Shown here piece after piece: positions 58,599 through 64,000 of a stretch of DNA of 64,000 nucleotides. The stretch spans positions 3,085 through 67,084 of the IMG/VR virus record IMGVR_UViG_3300037322_000296. One strand, written 5' to 3'. Numbering within the stretch: the first letter of the stretch is position 1; every line of letters starts with the position of its first letter. The notes under the pieces are model-generated. The model worked only from the letters and a program-made list of their open reading frames with translations, ran no database searches and was not told the origin of the DNA. A program made the translations under genes and the position numbers. Source of the DNA: a virus.

Positions 58599-60146
58599 AT
58601 GAGAGAGAGAATCTTAAAAGACATTACTTCAAAAGAGGATGCCAAAAAACTTTTAATGTCAGGAATTGACAAGGTAGCAGATGTTGTTTCTTCTACTTTT
58701 GGGTATCGTGGAAGAACGGTACTTATAGAATCTGATTACGGTATGCCCGAACCTACAAAAGATGGTTATAAAACACTTCAATCAATATTTTTAGAGGATG
58801 CAGTTGAAAATATTGCTTGTGAAATTGCAAAACAAGCATCTCAAAAAACAGTTGATTTTGCAGGAGATGCTACAACTTCAACTATAATACTTTTACAAGC
58901 GTTTTTTAAACTTTCTATTCAAGCGTTAGAAAACGGAACATCTCCAATAGATATAAAGTATCAAATAGAGAAATCAAGAGATTTAATACTAGAACATCTT
59001 GATAAAATATCTACTCCAATAACGAATAAGCTAATTTACGATGTTGCTTTTACATCGGCAAATGGAGAAAAAGAAATCGCAGATATTGTTTCAGATGCAT
59101 TTATAAAATCAGGGGAAGATGGTTCTGTGGCACATTTCCGAAGCAATACAGACGAAACTTATTTAGAATTTATTGAAGGTACTCTTTTGGAATCAGGATA
59201 TGTAGACGAAAGATTTACAAACGTTTTTTCTGACAGAACTTGCGTTTTTGATAATAATCCTTTGGTTATTTGCTCTACAATAGAGTTTAAAACAACAAGA
59301 CAGATTTTACCTTTTATGAAGTATGCACACGTAAATAAAAGACCATTGGTTATTATTTCAGAAGTTGCTCCAAACGTAAGAGATGTTGTTTTACAGAATG
59401 TACTTGAAAATAATGTACCTTTTGTGGTTGTAAACGCTCCAAGTTTCGGTAAAAAAAGAATTGACTTTCTAAATGACTTAGCGGTTTTGTGTAATACGCA
59501 GGTTATAAACACATTATCGGGAGATGATTTTGAAGGTAGAGAACATTTGTTTTTAGGAGAATGTAAGAAAATAATTGTAGGAAAAACAGACACAATTATT
59601 ACTCCTATGAAAACTTCTGATATTCAAGAAGTTGTAGATAGTAAAATTGCAGAGATAAAAACTATTATTGAAACCACTAAGAATACTGCGGAGAAAAAAT
59701 ACTTACGTGAGAGAATTTCTAAGTTGTTTGGTGGTGTTTCAATTATTAAAGTTGGCTCTATTATAGAATCGGAATTACAAGAGAAAATAGATAGAGTAGA
59801 CGATGCGGTTTGTGCAGTAAGAAGTGCGAAAGAAGAAGGAGTTTTAGCAGGTGGAGCTTCTGCATTATATAATTCTGCAAGACTTGATTTAGATCCAATC
59901 ACAAAAATTGTAGTAGTAGCTCCTTTGAATAAACTATTAGAAAACGCTTCAATTACAGAAAATATAAACTTAGGAGAATACCCAATGGGATATGACTTAA
60001 AAGAATTTAAAGAAGTAAATATGTTTGATGCGGGAATTGTAGATAGCACAAAAGCAATCAAGTATGCGTTAATTAACGCAGTCGCAGCAAGCAACACTTT
60101 GCTCTTAACCAACACAGTATTAACCAACCAAAGAATCATTACATAA
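58599..60146 (+). CDS. groEL: chaperonin GroEL
   Basis: TKDG, AGDATTS, APSFG, RERISKL, DRVDDAVCAVRSA, EGVLAGGA, GIVD. Confidence 0.95.
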   Translation: MRERILKDITSKEDAKKLLMSGIDKVADVVSSTFGYRGRTVLIESDYGMPEPTKDGYKTLQSIFLEDAVENIACEIAKQASQKTVDFAGDATTSTIILLQAFFKLSIQALENGTSPIDIKYQIEKSRDLILEHLDKISTPITNKLIYDVAFTSANGEKEIADIVSDAFIKSGEDGSVAHFRSNTDETYLEFIEGTLLESGYVDERFTNVFSDRTCVFDNNPLVICSTIEFKTTRQILPFMKYAHVNKRPLVIISEVAPNVRDVVLQNVLENNVPFVVVNAPSFGKKRIDFLNDLAVLCNTQVINTLSGDDFEGREHLFLGECKKIIVGKTDTIITPMKTSDIQEVVDSKIAEIKTIIETTKNTAEKKYLRERISKLFGGVSIIKVGSIIESELQEKIDRVDDAVCAVRSAKEEGVLAGGASALYNSARLDLDPITKIVVVAPLNKLLENASITENINLGEYPMGYDLKEFKEVNMFDAGIVDSTKAIKYALINAVAASNTLLLTNTVLTNQRIIT

Positions 60147-60451
60147 TGGATAGTATAAACAAAAAAATAGTAGATTCTTTCAAAGGTCAAGCCTTAAATT
60201 TTGTAGTTGTTTTAAAAGAAATAGAAAACAAAAACGAAACCGAATCTGGATTAAATATTAGTTCAGATGTTGACAAAAACGAGAAGTATAAAAAAGCAAT
60301 CGTAGTTTCTATTGGAACAGAGTGTCCAAAAGACGATATAAAGACGGGAGATATTGTGATTTACGACAAATACAAAGCAAGTTCGTTTACACAAAACGCA
60401 ATAGAATTCACAACTTTATATTACGCAGACCTTATTTGGGTTTCTGAGTAA
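60146..60451 (+). CDS. groES: co-chaperonin GroES
   Basis: ETESGLNI...AIVVSIG...IKTGDIVIY; TAATG-coupled to groEL. Confidence 0.85.
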   Translation: MDSINKKIVDSFKGQALNFVVVLKEIENKNETESGLNISSDVDKNEKYKKAIVVSIGTECPKDDIKTGDIVIYDKYKASSFTQNAIEFTTLYYADLIWVSE

Positions 60452-60475
60452 AAATTGGCAAAACATATAAATACT

Positions 60476-60505
60476 AAAACACTTCTTATAGAGGTGTTTT
60501 TTTTT
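60476..60505 (+). terminator. intrinsic terminator
   Basis: aaaacacttct-tat-agaggtgtttt plus T-run; next -7 TATCTTTG at 60507-60514. Confidence 0.75.
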
Positions 60506-60533
60506 ATATCTTTGTCAATAAAACATATCTATC

Positions 60534-61265
60534 GTGATTTCAATCAACTACATACGTAACGCTACATTGTTTATCCTAAATAAGTCAAATCTTGGGTATA
60601 TTGGAGTAGATGAATTTAACATATTTTGCGGATTAGCGCAACAAGATATTTTTGAAAACCTTTTTTTTCAATACAATCAATTTGTAAATAGACAAAACAA
60701 AAGATTAACAGGTACAGACTATGCTGATTTACCCAAAAACCTTAGGGAACAAATTGATGTTTTTGCAGAATATACATTACCGACTAATTTTACTTACCAA
60801 TCATCTACGAATACTTGGAATTATATAGAAAGCGACCTTTACAGAGTAGAAAATCTTTCTTTAGTAAAAACATCTACAAATAAAAAAATAGACGTTGAAG
60901 AAGTGAATAAACGTCAATTGAATATGATGCTTAATTCAGAAATGACCAAGCCAAGTTTATTATTTCCTGTTTACGAAAAAGTAGGTGCGGGATTTAGAGT
61001 TTTCCCAACTATACCAACTACACATTCTTTAGAGATGTTCTATCTAAGAACTCCAAAATCTCCAAAGTGGACTTTTACTAATGTAAATGGAAATCCTGTT
61101 TACAATGGTGGAGCAAGCGATTTACAGAACGTAGAATTACACCAAAGTTTACTAATACCTTTCATAACTAAGGTTTTGGCTTATTGTGGACTTTCAATTC
61201 GTGAAGAAGAAATAAAGCAATATGCAAATAGTGAAGAAGTAAAAAAAATACAAACACAAGTATAA
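60534..61265 (+). CDS. virion connector/ring structural protein (putative)
   Basis: 243 aa, LNKSNLGYI...EFN...AQ, YLRTPKSPKW, ELH. Confidence 0.6.
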   Translation: MISINYIRNATLFILNKSNLGYIGVDEFNIFCGLAQQDIFENLFFQYNQFVNRQNKRLTGTDYADLPKNLREQIDVFAEYTLPTNFTYQSSTNTWNYIESDLYRVENLSLVKTSTNKKIDVEEVNKRQLNMMLNSEMTKPSLLFPVYEKVGAGFRVFPTIPTTHSLEMFYLRTPKSPKWTFTNVNGNPVYNGGASDLQNVELHQSLLIPFITKVLAYCGLSIREEEIKQYANSEEVKKIQTQV

Positions 61266-61268
61266 AAA

Positions 61269-61589
61269 ATGAAAACAGGATATAATAAATATCGAAAAGG
61301 AGATACTTTTGATGGAAGAAAAATAATTTTTCCATTTAGTATGGTTGGGGTTTCTGTTTTGATTCAATTTAAAGAGTTATCGTCTTTAAGTTTAACGTTT
61401 GAATACAAGACTTCTGACGCAACAATAACAACATTAAATGCATTAAGCGGAGAAATATTTTTAACTCCTAGAAAAATGGATTATCCCGCAAGTACTTATA
61501 CTTATGACGTTCAATTAACATTTCCGAATGGTAAAACAAAAACATATTTACAAGATAAACTAATACTATTTACAGATGTCAGCAGATAA
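61269..61589 (+). CDS. BppU-like tail fibre attachment protein
   Basis: KGDTF...YTYDVQLT...KTYL...DVS. Confidence 0.6.
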   Translation: MKTGYNKYRKGDTFDGRKIIFPFSMVGVSVLIQFKELSSLSLTFEYKTSDATITTLNALSGEIFLTPRKMDYPASTYTYDVQLTFPNGKTKTYLQDKLILFTDVSR

Positions 61590-64000
61590 TATTACTATAC
61601 AAGAACAGATACAAGACATTACTATCGAGGTTATCGAAAACATCGAAGTAGTTACTATAACCGTCAACGAAGGAGTTTTTGCTGCCGATGGACTTTCTGC
61701 CTATGAAGTTGCGTTACAAAACGGATTTTTAGGTACTCAAGTAGAATGGTTGGCTAGTTTACAACCTATTGTTATTAACCAAGATAATATTCAAGTAACA
61801 AAACAAGTATCTATAAATGCCGATGTAAATACAGTTTCAAAAGCACAAATATTAACTGCCATAAATAGTATTCCAAGTTATACTATTTCAGAAACGCAAG
61901 TGTTTAATTTAATAGAGTTAAAGTTTTACGAAATTGTTAATGGTGCAAATATCTTTAAATCAACTTTAAACTATGCAGTTAGTGGATTAGGAAAAGGTAA
62001 TTATGGAATTGGAAACATTCAAATTATTTATTCAAATTTGACATTAATTGGTTCTTTTTTACCAACAGCAGACGATTATCTTAATGATCCGACAACCGAA
62101 ACTATTGTAATTGAAGATTTAGGAGGATTAGATGTTTCACAATTCGTAAATGTAAAAAACCCATTTTATGTAGTTAAATCAATTTCAGAAGGACGAACAT
62201 TATTTGCTACACCAAGCGGAATATATTTATTTAAACTTGCAGGCGGTAATTACGGATTTAATGGTATTTCAACCACAACTTTGGCAGATTATGAGTTGCT
62301 AAGTGAAACCGCTACAATACCTACAATAGATGCCGAAGTTATAGAAAACAGTACTAATGCAGTAAGTGGCGGTGGTGTTTATGATTTTGTGCAACCAACT
62401 TTAGAAAAAGAAGTTCCAATAATAACAGATTCTTTTACCATTTTAGATAGTGTCGATTCTAAAAGAAAAAAATTAACATTTGATAATTTAATAAATTACG
62501 TTAAGGTGTTTATAGATAATTCTTTAGCATTATTTAAAACAACTAATTTTTTAGATGCTACAAGTTCTATACAAACACAAATAAATTCCGCATTAAACAG
62601 AACTTTTGCTCAATTAGTAGGAAGCGCAGCATTTATTACTAATTCTGCAAGAATTTTTTGGATTAATGGATTTTTTAATTCAAGTATAAATCAAGAAAGT
62701 TTAGATTTTACATTTTATAACCAACCTAATAATCAATATAAATTTCTTAGAATTAATTTTGGAGGAATATCAACTAGAAAAGTTTATAACGGCGATAGTT
62801 ATAGCTTTGAATTTCCAGAAGGAAATGGAGTAGGTGCTTTTCAACCAGAAATAACGACAGGATTACCTATTACTATACAAAAATTTAAAACGTACATAAA
62901 TATAGTTAATACAGTTTATAATCCTGCGTTTGTATTAACAGATAACTTTGAATTTACAATAAGAGTTATTTCAGGTACGGCTACGTTTAGTAGCACATCA
63001 TTTGTTTTTTATCCTGGAGATAATGTAATCTTAAGATATTTTTCTGGAGTTTGGACTGTATTTAATTTAAACAACCCAACCACAAACTTTTTACCTAAAA
63101 AGGGAGCGAGTGGCTTTGTAGATAGCGCGATTAGTGAGGATGCAACAAATGTTTTAAGTTCAAAAGTCTTAAGATTAGCGGCGGGTTTAACACCAAGTAA
63201 CGCACAAGACTTAACGCCTAAATCCTACGTAGACGCAATACCAAACCCAACCACAAACTTTTTACCGAAAAAGGGAGCGAGTGGCTTTGTAGATAGTTCG
63301 ATTAGTGAGAATGGAACTAATGTTGGGATAGGCACAACAACGCCAACTGAAAAATTAGATGTATTAGGAAATGGAAAGTTTAGTGGTAAAGTAACAGCAA
63401 GTAACGGAACTCTTTTAGCAGGCACAGGAACAACAAACCAACTAGCAAAATTCACGGCAAGTGGTACGGTTGGTGATAGTTTAGTATCGGATAACGGTGG
63501 TACTGTTCTAATAAATGGTAGGGTTGAAATTAACAGTGGGTTAATTCAATCGGATAGGTTGGTTGTTTTTGGTGAAAGTGGGCGGTTAATTTTAGGAGGT
63601 GCAAATGGACGGACTATTTCGGCTTTAAACACGGCTGGTCTTGCTTTATCAGCTATTGACTTTTCTGCGGTTAACGTTTTTTTTAACTCAGATTTATTAA
63701 TGGGCACAAGCAAACAAATTAGGAGCAACGGGAGAGTCATCATCAGTCCTAATATATCTGATAAAGTCATTCAATTAAATGGAGATGGCTTATTTAGTGG
63801 AACAGTATCTTTTGGACAATTTACAACAGCAACAGAACCAGCCTATGTTAAAGGAGCAACATTTTTTAACACGACATTAAACAAGTCAAAGATTGGCGGA
63901 GAAACAGCATACGAAACGCAAATAACAGGCACAGGAACAACAAACCAACTAGCTAAATTTACAGCTAGTGGAGCGGTGGGTAATAGTGTAATTACTGAAT
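61576..64000 (+). CDS. tail fibre protein (3' end outside window; not in ORF track)
   Basis: ATG 61576, frame open to window end; GLSAYEVALQNGFLGTQVEWLASL, NVGIGTTTPTEKLDV, internal repeats. Confidence 0.85.
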   Translation, partial: MSADNITIQEQIQDITIEVIENIEVVTITVNEGVFAADGLSAYEVALQNGFLGTQVEWLASLQPIVINQDNIQVTKQVSINADVNTVSKAQILTAINSIPSYTISETQVFNLIELKFYEIVNGANIFKSTLNYAVSGLGKGNYGIGNIQIIYSNLTLIGSFLPTADDYLNDPTTETIVIEDLGGLDVSQFVNVKNPFYVVKSISEGRTLFATPSGIYLFKLAGGNYGFNGISTTTLADYELLSETATIPTIDAEVIENSTNAVSGGGVYDFVQPTLEKEVPIITDSFTILDSVDSKRKKLTFDNLINYVKVFIDNSLALFKTTNFLDATSSIQTQINSALNRTFAQLVGSAAFITNSARIFWINGFFNSSINQESLDFTFYNQPNNQYKFLRINFGGISTRKVYNGDSYSFEFPEGNGVGAFQPEITTGLPITIQKFKTYINIVNTVYNPAFVLTDNFEFTIRVISGTATFSSTSFVFYPGDNVILRYFSGVWTVFNLNNPTTNFLPKKGASGFVDSAISEDATNVLSSKVLRLAAGLTPSNAQDLTPKSYVDAIPNPTTNFLPKKGASGFVDSSISENGTNVGIGTTTPTEKLDVLGNGKFSGKVTASNGTLLAGTGTTNQLAKFTASGTVGDSLVSDNGGTVLINGRVEINSGLIQSDRLVVFGESGRLILGGANGRTISALNTAGLALSAIDFSAVNVFFNSDLLMGTSKQIRSNGRVIISPNISDKVIQLNGDGLFSGTVSFGQFTTATEPAYVKGATFFNTTLNKSKIGGETAYETQITGTGTTNQLAKFTASGAVGNSVITE
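63073..63971 (+). repeat. two pairs of direct repeats inside tail fibre
   Basis: 63073-63138 vs 63244-63309 (PTTNFLPKKGASGFVDS.ISE); 63420-63464 vs 63927-63971 (GTGTTNQLAKFTASG). Confidence 0.85.

Noticed and set aside
61576-64000. Diversity-generating retroelement acting on the tail fibre
   Set aside because: No reverse transcriptase in the window, and repeat differences are not adenine-specific
1-64000. tRNA genes, stop-codon recoding, DNA polymerase, lysis genes, host flanks
   Set aside because: No cloverleaf noticed; genes are intact in the standard code; no polymerase, endolysin or bacterial housekeeping flank recognised in this window

Overview
AT-rich (about 30% GC by eye) dsDNA phage segment with podovirus-like gene order. 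The host is almost certainly Bacteroidota (Flavobacterium-like): TAnnTTTG -7 promoters precede most operons and Shine-Dalgarno motifs are not evident. 1-27.3 kb (+): GroES-like protein, terminase, portal, scaffold, major capsid, tail and ejection genes ending in a 2965-aa polyvalent protein. 27.3-43.4 kb (-): methylase cassettes plus replication and recombination genes. 43.7-47.3 kb (+): methylase, RNA ligase, tyrosine recombinase, RNase H. 47.8-53.3 kb (-): small early genes. 53.5-54.5 kb: non-coding divergence zone. 54.5-64 kb (mostly +): HU, GroEL/GroES, connector, tail fibre. The main discovery is two integron-like gene-cassette arrays (6 cassettes at 27818-32880, 2 at 43671-45626). Each cassette is bounded by its own GTT...AAC inverted ends and separated by 110-119 bp attC-like hairpins that contain the start codon of the adjacent ORF. 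Both arrays are anchored on the same ~92 bp attI-like sequence, one copy of which abuts a tyrosine recombinase. All four DNA methyltransferases in the window are cassette cargo. Product calls rest on motif recognition only; no database searches were run.
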